Both the position numbers and the translations under genes were made by a program. From NCBI GenBank assembly GCA_024679065.1, contig JAGIQG010000017.1:57908001-57972000 (forward strand): a DNA stretch of 64,000 bases, written 5' to 3'. Positions 52,268-64,000 of this stretch are shown here, one piece after another (within the stretch, counting starts at the first letter, position 1; every line of letters begins with the position of its first letter). Origin of the DNA: Sphyrna mokarran. Taxonomy: Eukaryota. The notes below the pieces were generated by a model, which was given only the letters and a program-made list of their open reading frames with translations, had not been told where the DNA came from and searched no databases.

Positions 52268-55049
52268 GGCCCACAGCTGTAGGAGTGGACGGGGAGGAAT
52301 TTGTACAGTGTGTTTTATAAGGGTCCTTGGAGCAGTATGTGGATAGCCCGACTAGAGAGGGGGCTACACTGGATCTGGTACTGGGGAATGAGCCAGGGCA
52401 GGTGGTTGACGTTGTAGTAGGAGAGCATGTGTCTAATAGTGACCACAACTCTGTCTGCTTTAGGGTATTAATGGAAAAAGATGAATCCTGCCCTAAGGGG
52501 AGGGTGTTAAACTGGGGGAGGGCTAGATATAGCCAGATTAGGCAGGATCTTAAGGAAACTGACTGGGATAAGCTGTTCGAGGGTAGGTCGACGCTGCACA
52601 TGTGGGAATCTTTCAAGGGAAAACTAAAATTTTTGCAGGATAGACACATGCCGGTAAGGAGAAAGGATGGGAAGGGTAGGATTAGAGAACCGTGGGTTAC
52701 TAGGGATGTTGAGGACTTGGTCAGGAAGAAGCGGGAGGCGTACGTTAGATCCAGGCAATTGGGGACAGAGGCAGCGCTGGAAAAATATAGAGAGTGTAGA
52801 CGGGATCTTAAAAGGGGTGTCAGAAAGGCAAAAAGGGGCCACAAAATGACTTTGGCAGGTAGGATTAAGGAAAATCCTAAGGCATTGTACTCCTATGTAA
52901 GGAGCAAAAGGATGGTTAGAGGCAAGATTGGACCTCTCAGGGACAGAGGAGGGGATCCATGCTTAGAGCCTGAGGGGATGGGGGAGATCCTGAATGAATA
53001 CTTTGCGTCGGTATTCACGCGGGAGAGGGGCCTGATATCTGATGCCGGCTTTGAGGATTTTGAGGACCCTTTAAAGGAAATAATCATTACGAGGGAAGAA
53101 GTGTTGGGGCTTTTAGGTAGCATAAAGACTTATAAAGCTCCGGGGCCTGATGGTATTTATCCCAGGCTGCTAAAGGAGGTGAGGGATGACATTGCTGGGC
53201 CTCTGACGCAAATCTTTCTCTCTTCTTTGGACACAGGTGAGGTCCCAGAGGACTGGATGATTGCAACTGTAGTACCGTTGTTTAAAAAGGGTCAGAGGGA
53301 TAACCCAGGGAACTATAGGCCGTTGAGCTTGACTTCAGTTATAGGTAAGCTAATGGAGAGGATCCTCAGGAACAGGATGTGTGAGCACCTGGAGCGCTGC
53401 GATCTGATCAGGGATATGCAGCATGGCTTCGTTAAGGGGAGGTCGTGCCTCACGAATCTACTGGAACTTTTTGAAGAGGTGACAAAAACAGTTGATGAAG
53501 GACAAGCCGTTGATGTTGTCTACATGGATTTCAGTAAGGCGTTTGACAAGGTTCCCCATGGTAGGCTGATAAAAAAGGTGAAGGCGCATGGGATACAGGG
53601 CCAGGTATGTAGGTGGGTTGAGAACTGGCTTGGGAGGAGGAGACAGCGGGTAGTAGTGGAAGGCTCTTTTTTCCAACTGGAGGTCAGTCACTAGTGGTGT
53701 GCCACAGGGCTCAGTACTAGGACCTCTTCTATTTGTGATTTATATAAATGACTTGGAGGAGGGGGTATGTGGTGTGATCAGCAAATTTGCTGATGACACT
53801 AAGATACTTGGATTGGCGGGGACTGAGGAGCAGTGCCAGGCAATACAACAGGACATTGGTAGGCTGGTAGATTGGGCAGATAGATGGCAAAGGGAATTTT
53901 ATCCGGATAAATGCGAGGTGATGCATTTTGGCTGGAATACTGTAGAGGGGAGTTATAGGATAAAAGGTAAAACTATCCGGAGTATAGAGACGCAGAGAGA
54001 CCTGGGGGTGCAGGTTCACAAGTCTCTGAAGGTGTCAGTACAGGTGGAAAAGGTGATAAAGAAAGCGTATGGTATGTTAGCCTACATAGGAAGGGGTATA
54101 GAATACAAGAATAGGAGTTTGATGTTGCAAGTGTATAGAACGTTGGTTAGGCCTCACTTGGAGTACTGCGTCCAGTTCTGTTCGCCGTACTACCGGAAGG
54201 ATGTGGAGTCCCTGGAGAGAGTGCAGCGGAGATTTACCAGGATGCTGCCTGGTACGGAAGGGCTGTCTTACGAGGAAAGGTTGAACGTACTGGGGTTGTT
54301 TTCCCTTGAAAGAAGTCGGCTGAGAGGGGATCTATTAGAGGTATATAAGATTATGAGGGGTATACATAGAGTAAATGGTGGTAAGCTTTTTCCACCATTA
54401 GATTCGGATAGAACGAGGGGTCACGGCCTTAGGGTGAGGGGGGCTATGTATGAGACTAATATTAGAGGGCATTTTTTCACACAAAGGGTAATGGGGGTGT
54501 GGAATGCACTATCGAGTAAGGTGGTGGGAGCAGGCATGCTAGGGTTGTTTAAGGGTCTCTTGGACAGCCACATGAGCGGTCTGCAGATAGAGGGATATAG
54601 GAGGACTGTTTAAATACTTTAATTGTTTCCACAGGCTATTCGGTCCACCTTGTTGACCAACAAGGTGCATGCATTCGGCAGGTCGTGCGAAGGCTGCTCC
54701 TGGAGGTTACTTCAGGAGTGGCCTAGTACTTCACGTCGTTAGTGTATGCTTAAATTGGACCATCAGATGGACAACATGACAGCTCAGAGACTATCGCTGT
54801 TGCTGTGCAGACACATCGATTTGGGCCTGTGTCTGCGGGAGTTTGCACGTTCTCCCCGTGGTTGCGTGGGTTTTCTCCGGTGCTCCGGTTTCCTCCCACA
54901 TCCCAAAAATGTGCTCTTAGGCTGATTGGGTAACAAATTGTCCCTATATTGGTCTCTATAGGTCATTAAGACGTTAGTATGGCGGCGCGGGCTCGTTGGG
55001 CTGAAGGACCTGTTTCCCATGCTGTGTTGTTCTTTGTTCTTTGTTCTTT
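52268..55049 (+). mobile_element. CR1 subfamily 2 ORF2 and long 3' UTR
   Basis: ORFs 52327-53694 and 53699-54613; (GTTCTTT)n tail; an ORF1-like zinc-finger start at about 47918-48044 may belong to it. Confidence 0.92.
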
Positions 55050-55560
55050 GACAGGGAGGGAGGTAGAAGAGGTGGGAGAGTGGCACTGTTGATCAGGGAC
55101 AGTTCACAGCTGTAGATAAGGAGGATGCCGTGGAGGGACTGTCTACAGAGACTCTGTGGGTGGAAATGAGGAACAGCAAGTGGTTGAAAACTGGGTGTTT
55201 TTTATAGGCCGCCCAATAGTGACAGTGATGTTGAAGTGCAGATGGGGAAACAGATCCGAGAGAGATGTAGAAATAACAGAATTGTGATGGGAGACTAACT
55301 CCCCAAACATCGACTGGAATGTCCCCAGGGTAAGGGGTTCGGATGGGAAGGAGTTTGTTAGGTGTGTTCAGGAGGGTTTTCTGACACAACAGGTGGATAA
55401 GCCTACGAGAGGAGAGGCTGTATTTGACCAGGCGCTGGCTAATGGACCAGGACTGGTGTCGGATCTCTCGCTAGCGGAGCATATCGAGGATGGTGATCAT
55501 AATTCTATCTCCTGCACGATAGCATTGGAGAGAGATCGGATCAGGCAGGATAGGAAAGTT
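55050..55560 (+). mobile_element. Old CR1 endonuclease-domain fragment
   Basis: DKPTRGEAVFD...DGDHNSI. Confidence 0.75.
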
Positions 55561-55780
55561 TTTATCTTCTTAGCTCAGGGGCTGTGCCCAATAAGCTATA
55601 AAGATTTTTAAAGTGTATTTTACAGATGATACACCTGCACCCACCGCCTGAAGTGAATGGAGTGAAATTCTTCAATTGCCACGCAAATTTAAACTCCTCT
55701 GATCCAAGGCATCCGGATTCCTCACTCCAGTAACAGAATTACTGTCTGGAGACTGAGGCAGGTTTCTTTCTGCCGCGGGC

Positions 55781-55819
55781 AGTTTTTGTTGGAAGACTTT
55801 GCATTCTTGTAACGCTGTG
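55781..55819 (-). other. 23-RSS of the atypical V
   Basis: Minus strand CACAGCG, 23 bp, ACAAAAACT. Confidence 0.92.
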
Positions 55820-56116
55820 CATCGTTGTAGGACACACAGTAATATGTGCCGCTGTCTTCGACCTGGGAGTCCTTCACGAACAGGGTGAACTCGTTGTTCT
55901 GAGGGTCGTGCTTGACATCCATTCGTTTTCTGCCCCTAGATGAAGACAGCACCCCGGATCTAACCCACTCAATTTGGTCGCTGCTCTGGATGTACCAGTG
56001 CAACCAATAATCAGTCATGTTCCCCCGCCAGATGCTGCAGTAGAAAGCGGTTTCCTCCCCTGGAGACAGAACCATTGCCGATGGAGACTGGGCGATTAGG
56101 TGCTTGGAGCCATCAT
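55820..56116 (-). CDS. Antigen-receptor V exon, atypical and IgH-like rather than V-beta-like
   Basis: LIAQSP...FYCSIWRGNMTDYWLHWYIQ...IEWV...DPQNNEFTL...EDSGTYYCVSYND; TTATTAG acceptor; open frame; 23-RSS follows. Confidence 0.88.
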
Positions 56117-56246
56117 CTAATAAGATAATTAAAACAGGGCAGCAGATCAGTCGGGAGACAAAATGATCAGCTGAAGATGGGACGAAGGTAAAGAGAGAAA
56201 GATCAATAAATAGATTGGTTTTCCCCAGTAACATTGCTACTTTCTT

Positions 56247-56525
56247 TGGCGACACAGTGGTTAGCACTACTGCCACACAGCGCCAGAGACCCCCATCCGA
56301 TTCCCGACTTGGGTCACTGTCTGTGTGTGGAGCTTACACGTTCTCCCTGTATCTGCGTGGGTTTCCTCAGGGTGCTCCCGTCTCCTCCCACGCTCCAATG
56401 ATGTGTGGGTTGGGCGGATTGGCCATGTCCAATTGTCACTTAGGGTCAGTAGGGTTCTGGGGGTCTGAGTAAGTTGGTGTAGACTCCATGGGTCGAATGG
56501 CCTCATTCTGCACTGTAGCATTCTA
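56247..56525 (+). mobile_element. HE1/V-type SINE in the V intron
   Basis: tRNA-like head, V-domain-like core and CR1-like tail. Confidence 0.75.
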
Positions 56526-56806
56526 CTGCTCATCAAAGTAAGTCAATTAGTCAACATTTAAACAATTAATTTGCCAAACTCCTAACTTGTTCCAAGGTAG
56601 ATCCCAGGGGAAGGGGTTCTGAAAGAAGAAAATTTGTAATGGCTGTGATGCATTGAGCCAGAACGATAACAGTTTAGCGGATTAAAGAACAATGAATTAT
56701 TTGTATTGTGTTCACTAGAATCTGTCAACAAACACAAAATTCAGTCATTATAAACAGCAAGTGTCGATTAAAAAAAAAACAGTTGTTTCTGCTATCTAGT
56801 ACATAC

Positions 56807-56852
56807 AGGCATTGGACAACACGAATATGGAAAACCAAGAAATGGTGAACAT
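56807..56852 (-). CDS. Leader exon of the atypical V (MFTISWFSIFVLSNA)
   Basis: 46-nt hydrophobic exon; phase-1 GTATGT donor; TATATAA at 56924-56930 on the minus strand. Confidence 0.8.
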
Positions 56853-58401
56853 TCTCCGCGTAAGATTCAGCCTACTTTTGATCGCAAATGCCTTTGAGCT
56901 GATTTCTGTAAGGAACTGGCTCGTTATATAGAGCGTGAGAGCGCCTCGGCGGCCGCTCTTGGGACTGCAGCTAAATGAGAGAAGTTGCTGCTCTCCCTGC
57001 GAGCAAAGTGCAAGGAACAGGCAGAAAATGCTTAAAACCCCCGCCGCTTTGTTTAAATTGCTCACAAAGTTTTCCCTGACCAGGGAGTGAAAACAAACCC
57101 ATAAATAACAGAGACTGATAGATAATTCCAGGCAAAGAATTCTGACTGAGGCTTTCAAGAGATGGGAAGATTGTGAAAAGATACACAGACAGAAAAGTGA
57201 CAGACAGAGCAAAAAACAGCGACAGAACGTAATAAGGAGTGAAAATGAGAAAATGAAGGAGACTGATATAACGGGGTTGAGTGAGTGAAGAAAAAAAACA
57301 CGTAGGATAACGAGGAAAAGCCTATTTGTAATAGATTCGGGGGTGGAGGGAAACATTCTACATGATTTTTAAAAGGTGAGTCAAGTGTTGGCTCCTTTTC
57401 AATGTTAGAATTTTGACCTGGAGGGAAGGGGAAATAATCACCCGATTGAATGCGGACGGGGAGTAAATCGGCCACTTCTGTGTCATCCCACTGGCTGTGG
57501 ATTGAACGGTTTTGGATTGCTCCCAATAGCGAGGGTAACAGTGGGAAAGGGACAGTTTTGGTGTAGACTGGGCAGTGAGCACTCCAGTGGCTGCTCGGAG
57601 CTTCCTAGACCTCTTGATCGATTTGAGGGGTTTTATAAAATCCATTCCATGATCCATTCCATGCATCATTATAGAGGCAGGCGCCACTGGAAGACTCTGG
57701 TGAGATCCAGACTAATCTCCTGATGGATGGGATTCTGGGCTTGGGAAAAAAAATCCAAGGTCAAATTGCAAGCATGGCCGGGTGATTTGATAGAAACTCC
57801 CCATTCTTGTGAGAAGAACAGAAGGAGATCACAGGATCCATCATTCCCATTCTCCACTGTTATATGTGCTGAAAAGTAACTGCTGTATCTGATTCAATTG
57901 TGAATGGTAGTGTTAATTTCACCCACTAAAGTCTAACTCAAGCTGTCTCTTTCCTAATAAAAGACCCTCATTATTGTGAATAACTTTCATCCCTGTATCT
58001 TCCCTGCTTTGGGGAAAGGAATCCCAGTTGCTCTAGTCTGACCTCGTAACTAATGATGCTTCAGAGGGGGGGTACCTGTCCCATCAATACCCCTTGCTTG
58101 AGTAGAATGATCGCATCTTCGCCTATATACCCAACTAATTGATATGACTGCTAACATTCCTGGAAAACTCTTCTGCTCTTTCTGATCCTCCTTCCTAGTT
58201 TCTTGAATTCTGGCTTGTCTTCACTCTTGTTTTCTATTTTATTCCATGCTTCCCTGCACTATTTCTTTCTTTCAATATCTCCTGCTTTAATCTGTCCTGT
58301 TCTATCTCTTCGAGTTACTACGCTCTGCAGTCTGCAAAATACCACGCAGCGCGATTAATTGTTTGTGTGATTTCATTCACAGGTGTTTCCTGCTGCCTTT
58401 G

Positions 58402-58488
58402 AGGTTTTATCAAACTGCTCCTTTTCTTTGAGTCACTATGAATATTCATTGTGCAGCAATACACGGCCGAGTGATTCACCCGCCAGTT
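58402..58488 (-). pseudogene. V relic (FR3 end and degenerate 23-RSS)
   Basis: WRVNHSAVYCCTMNI, then CATAGTG, 23 bp, ATAAAACCT; cut off by a CR1 fragment. Confidence 0.7.
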
Positions 58489-58830
58489 GAACATAAGAGC
58501 ATAAGAAATAGGAGCAGGATTTGTGCCACCTAGCCGCCCCAGCCATTCAATAAGATCATGGTTTATCTGAAATGGTTCAGTTCCATTTTCCCGCCTGCTC
58601 TCCATAACCCTTAATTTCCTTATAGAATAGTCATCTGTCTCCCTGTGATTTAAACATATTCAGCGAGGTAGCCTCCTCCACTTCAATGGGCAGAGAATTC
58701 CAGAGATTCACCACCCTCTGAAAGAAGAAGTTCCTCCTTATTTTGAGGCTGTACCCTCTAGTTCTTTTTTCCATTCTAAGCGGAAATAATCTTTCTACCT
58801 CTAACCTATCCAAACCCTCATTGTTCCCTT
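58489..58830 (-). mobile_element. Old CR1 3' fragment
   Basis: GLDRLEVERLFP...FFQRVVNLWNSLP. Confidence 0.8.
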
Positions 58831-58839
58831 GGAGCAGCA

Positions 58840-61800
58840 CGGAGAGGCAGCGATTTGGGAAAGCGTGAAGTTCGTGTGTTAAGTACTTTTTTAACTTTTC
58901 TCTTTGTTTAAAATAGCGAGCGGGGGAAGTTTTTGCCGTTTTTATTTAAACTAACAAGAAACCGGAAGTCGTCACTAGGAGGCTGCCGATAGTTGTAGTT
59001 TTTTTTTCTCTGTCTCTATAAATTGGTCCAGAGAGGAAACCCGATACTCTACACAGGTAGAGTATCCCACCCTCCCCCCTCCTCTAACCTAATAATATAA
59101 GTGTGTGGGAAGTTTTTTTTTTTCTCTCTCCTTAAAGTAAATTAAAGTATCAGGGATGGCAGTGCAGGCAGTCTGTTGCAACTCCTGTACTATGTATGAG
59201 GTGAGGGATGCCAGTAGTGTTCATGCTGATTATACCTGCAGGAAGTGTGCCCATTTGCAGCTCCTTGAGGATCGTGTTAAGGAGCTGGAGCTGGAATTAG
59301 AGGAACTCAGGATAATCCGAGAGGTTGAGGAGGATATTGGCAGGAGTGACAAAGAGATAGTCACTCCTAAAAATGATTCGTGGGTAACTGTTAGGAGGAG
59401 GGGTAAGAAGCAATCGGGTAGACAATCCCCTGGGGCTGTTCCCCTCCGAAACAAATTTTCTGTCTTGGATGCTACAGTTGAGGAAGAATCAACTGGAGAG
59501 GACCAAAGGGAGCAGGTCTCTGGGGGTGAGCCTGCTGAGAATGCTCAGGTGGGTAGGAAAAACAAGAGATTGGGCCTAGTAATTGGAGACTCCACAGTTA
59601 GAGGGCCAGATAGGAGAGTAAGTAGTAATAAAAGTGACTCAGGGCTGGTGTGTTGCCTCCCAGGTGCTGGAGTCCAGGATGTCACAGATAGGGTTTTTAG
59701 GATTCTTAAGGGAGAGGGGAGTGAACCCCAAGTCATAGTTCATGTAGGGACACATGATATAGGTAGGAAAAGGGAAGGGGATATTAAACAGAAATTTATG
59801 GAGCTGGGGTGGAAGCTTAGGGCCAAAACTGGCAGAGTGGTTATCTCTGGACTCTTGCCTGTGCCAAGGGATAGTTTGGAGAAGAATAGAGAGAGGGAAT
59901 GTTTGAACTCGTGGCTACGGGGATGGTGCAGGAGGGAGGGGTTCAGGTTCCTGAACAATTGGGACTCATTCTGGGATAGGTGGGACCTCTACAAGAGAGA
60001 TGGTCTACACCTGAACCAGAGGGGAACTAATATCTTGGGGGGAAAATTTGCTAAGGCTATGCAGGGGGCTTTAAACTGATTCGGGGGGGGGTGGGATCCT
60101 GAATAGTTGGGGTGCTAAGAGGGATGAGAGTAAGGGGGTCCTAGAGGAAAGCCGTAAAACACAGCAGCATACGGGTGGGGTAGGGCATGGTTTGAAATGC
60201 GTACACTTTAATGCAAGGAGTATTCGCAATAAGGGGGAGGAACTTGCAGCTTGGACCAGTACCTGGAACTTCGATGTTGTGGCCATTTCGGAGACTTGGG
60301 TAGAGCAGGGACAAGAATGGATGTTGCAGGTTCCGGGGTTCAAATGCTTTAGTCGGAGTAGAGAAGGAGGTAGAAGGGCGGGAGGAGAGGCATTATTAGT
60401 CGAAGACTGTATCACAGTGACAGAGAAGAAGTTTGATGAGGACATGTCTGTTGAGGTAGTATGGGCTGAGATTAGAAACACGAAAGGAGAGGTCACCCTG
60501 TTGGGAGTCTTTTATAGACCTCCTAAAAGTTCTAGAGAGGTAGAGGAAAGGATTGCAAAGTCAATTCTGGTCAGGAGTGAAAGTAATAGGGTAATTGTAA
60601 TGGGGGACTTTAACTTTACTAATATTGATTGGAATAGCTATAGCTCTAGCTCGTTAGAGGGGTCAGTTTTCGTACAAAGTGTGCAGGAGGGTTTTTTGAC
60701 TCAGTATGTAGATAGGCCAACTAGAGGTGAGGCTACATTGGATTTGGTGCTGGGCAATGAGCCAGACCAGGTGTTAGGCTTGGAGGTTGGTGAACATTTT
60801 GGTGATAGTGACCACAATTCGGTTACGTTCACCTTAGTGATGGATAGGGATAGGCAAGAAGCTGGGGGCAGTAGTTATAGCTGGGGGAAGGGTAATTATG
60901 AGGCCATCAGGAGAGAATTAGGGTGCATAGATTGGACTAGGAAGCTACAGGGACTGGGAACATCTGGAATGTGGAGCTTATTCAAGGAGCAGCTGCTGCG
61001 GGTCCTTGATAAGTATGTCCCTGTCAGGCAAGGAGGAAATGGTCGAGTAAGAGAACCTTGGTGTACGAAAAAAGTTGATTTGCTGGTTAAAAGGAAAAAG
61101 GAGGCTTATGTCAGGATGAGGATTGAAGGCTCGATTAGTGCAATGGATAGCTATAGATTAGCCAGGAGGGAGCTAAAGGGGGAATTGAGGAGAGCAAAGA
61201 GAGGACATGAGAAGACTTTGGCTGATAGGATTAGGGAGAATCCTAAAGCTTTCTTTAGATATGTTAAGAATAGAAGATTGGTTAGGGCAAGATTAGGGCC
61301 AGTCATAGACAGCAGTGGGAAGTTGTGCGTGGAGCCTGAGGAGATTGGAGAGGTACTGAATAAATATTTCTCTTCGGTATTCACGCAGGGTGATGTAAAT
61401 GTAGTTATGGAGAACACTGAGGTACAGGGTAGCAAACTGGAAGGTATCGAAGTAGATAGGGAGGATGTGCTAGATATTCTCGAGGGTTTGAAGTTGGATA
61501 AGTCCCCTGGGCCGGACGGGATTTACCCTAGGATTCTCTGGGAGGCAAGAGAGGAGATTGCAGAGCCTCTGGCTCTGATCTTCAGGTCGTCGTTGGTTAC
61601 GGGTGTGGTTCCGGAGGACTGGAGGATAGCGAATGTGGTCCCGTTGTTCAAGAAGGGGAAGAGAGACCTTCCAGGGAATTATAGGCCAGTGAGTCTTACT
61701 TCTGTGGTGGGCAAAGTATTGGAGAGAATAATTAGGGATAGGATTTATACTTATTTAGAGAGTAATGAATTGATTGGAAATAGTCAGCATGGTTTTGTGA

Positions 61801-63060
61801 AGGGTAGGTCGTGACTTACTAACCTCATTGAGTTTTTTGAAAAAGTGACTAAGGAGGTGGATGGGGGTAAGGCGGTTGATGTGGTATATATGGACTTTAG
61901 TAAGGCGTTTGATAAGGTGGCCCATGGAAGACTTCTGCAGAAAATGCAGATGTATGGGATAGAGGGTGATTTAGCTAATTGGGTTAGGAATTGGCTAGCA
62001 GATAGAAGACAGAGGGTGGTGGTTGATGGGAGATATTCATCGTGGAGTTCGGTGACAAGTGGTGTACCTCAGGGGTCTGTTTTGGGGCCCCTGCTGTTTG
62101 TAATTTTTATAAATGATCTGGATGAGGGTATTGAAGGATGGATTAGTAAATTTGCAGATGACACTAAAGTCGGTGGAGTGGTAGATAGTGAAGAGGGGTG
62201 TTATAGTTTGCAGAGGGACTTGGACAAGTTGCAGAGCTGGGCCGAGAGGTGGCAAATGGAGTTTAATGTGGAAAAGTGTGAGGTAATGCACTTTGGCAGG
62301 AACAATAAATGTGTAGAGTATAGGGCAAATGGTAGGGCTCTTAATAGTGTTGATGAACAGAAGGATCTTGGTGTATGTGTCAATAGATCCCTGAAAGTAG
62401 GCAGTCAAGTGGATAAAGTTGTTAAGAAGGCGTATGGAGTCTTAGCTTTTATTGGTAGGGGGATTGAATTTAGGAGCCGCAGCATCATGTTGCAACTGTA
62501 CAAAACTCTAGTGCGGCCGCACTTGGAGTATTGTGTGCAGTTCTGGTCCCCACATTATAAGAAAGATGTGGAGGCATTGGAGAGGGTACAGAGGAGGTTT
62601 ACCAGGATGTTGCCTGGTATGGAGGGCAGGTCCTATGAAGAGAGGTTGAAGGATTTGAGGTTGTTTTCGTTAGAAAGGAGGCGGCTATGAGGGGATCTTA
62701 TTGAAGCATATAAGATGATTAGAGGTTTAGATAGGGTGGACAGTGATAGCCTTTTTCCTAGGATGGAGAAAGCTAGCACGAGGGGACACAGCTTTAAATT
62801 AAGGGGTATGAGTTATAGGACGGATATCAGAGGTAGGTTCTTTACTCAAAGAGTGATTAGGGAGTGGAATGCCCTGCCTGCAGCTGTTGTAGATGCGCCA
62901 AGTTTGGTGGCGTTTAAGAGGTTAATTGATAAGTATATGGAAGAGAAGGGAATGGTTTAGTTTGGAGGGGCATTGCTTTTTATTTTGGTCGGCACAACAT
63001 CGAAGGCCGAAGGGCCTGTTCTGTGCTGTAATGTTCTATGTTCTATGTTCTATGTTCTAT
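58840..63060 (+). mobile_element. Full-length young CR1 LINE
   Basis: 5' UTR; intact ORF1; ORF2 in one frame with stops at 61812-61814 and 62688-62690; (ATGTTCT)n tail. Confidence 0.96.
59156..60079 (+). CDS. CR1 ORF1p (zinc finger/leucine zipper plus SGNH esterase), intact, 307 aa
   Basis: CxxC...CxxC; LLEDRVKELELELEEL coiled coil; GDS, GAG, VGTHD and DGLHL blocks. Confidence 0.9.
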   Translation: MAVQAVCCNSCTMYEVRDASSVHADYTCRKCAHLQLLEDRVKELELELEELRIIREVEEDIGRSDKEIVTPKNDSWVTVRRRGKKQSGRQSPGAVPLRNKFSVLDATVEEESTGEDQREQVSGGEPAENAQVGRKNKRLGLVIGDSTVRGPDRRVSSNKSDSGLVCCLPGAGVQDVTDRVFRILKGEGSEPQVIVHVGTHDIGRKREGDIKQKFMELGWKLRAKTGRVVISGLLPVPRDSLEKNRERECLNSWLRGWCRREGFRFLNNWDSFWDRWDLYKRDGLHLNQRGTNILGGKFAKAMQGALN

Positions 63061-64000
63061 ATTGTTTACTATGGATAAATTACAAAATCAGTTATGTGGC
63101 AAAATACTGGTGGGATGGTTTGGCAAAGGTACTGATTTTTTGAAAGTCAATCTTAATCTTTATTGTCCACTCTGCTCTTTTATTGTCTTGTACCTTCCTT
63201 GTCTTAAATTGGTTCCTTCCAGGAACTCATTGAGTACCAATTGATGAATGTTTGTGCCTTGGTCGACCGTCATTAGCCAATGACCATTTCATGAAATGAA
63301 TCACATTGTTGCCCTTTTGTTTACAGCATGATCTTACTCCACCCCTTGCAGCATGGTTCTATTTGAAGAGAGATAAGCGTGGCTACATACAAATTTAATG
63401 TTTTGAGCTGAATGCAGATCCCTTGAATGTTGACATAATCCAAAGTAAAAGTAGTTTTTTTTTCCCTTGATTCTTGACAATGTGTAATTTCATTCACTTT
63501 TCATGAAAATCATTGATCTTTGAGATTTCCTCAACACTTTTCATCAGGATTCTTTACAAGTTTCCAGCATCTGGTCCGCCTAAAGTGACACATTCAATGG
63601 CTTCATTCCCACGATGTAGAATTTATTTTCTTATTCCTACGAAACTTCATCTCCCAAGTCGCCACTTATACGACACGCAAACTGGCAATATCGACAGCTT
63701 TAAGAAGCAGTGGGTACAGTTTTGTTGCCGTCAATTGTGAAGTTGTCGATCAAGACGATTCAGTTGAGGTTCTCTATGAGGCAGGTTGAAGAGTGAGGAC
63801 AGCTGAGACAGGGGTGTTGGACGGGCACTAGTATACACATGAGGGGGCGTTTGATTTACTGGGATGAGTAACTCGGAGAGAGAAAAATGCGTTTTATCCC
63901 GGAGGACTGCAGTTATTTATGGCGTGATGAACCATCTGTACAACTTTGAAGGGGATCCGTGATTCAGTGATGGTTTAAAAGCAAGGTTCCGAAATAGGTG

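Noticed and set aside
56881-56980. Ig octamer upstream of the atypical V
   Set aside because: Only partial matches (TCGCAAAT, AGCTAAAT); one lies downstream of the TATA.

Overview
Repeat-rich vertebrate DNA, most likely from a shark or other cartilaginous fish, judged from CR1 LINEs with (ATGTTCT)n tails, HE1/V-type SINEs and shark-like J segments. It contains part of a T-cell receptor beta (TRB) locus. On the minus strand are 7 intact J segments with 12-bp RSSs and GT donors (7870-11711), one frameshifted pseudo-J, one 12/23-flanked D (12639-12651) and a CASS-type V (20330-21266). A CAWS-type V lies inverted on the plus strand (25883-26718). Further out on the minus strand are an intact but atypical IgH-like V with a 23-RSS (55820-56852) and a V relic (58441-58488). 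No C exon is visible; it should lie before position 1. The rest is CR1 LINEs of several subfamilies (two near full length), a solo LTR, a defective class I ERV between two CpG-rich promoter-like flanks, SINEs, microsatellites and two assembly gaps. The most notable observation is the Ig-heavy-like V oriented so that it could rearrange to the D-beta/J-beta cluster. All calls were made by eye; no database searches were run.
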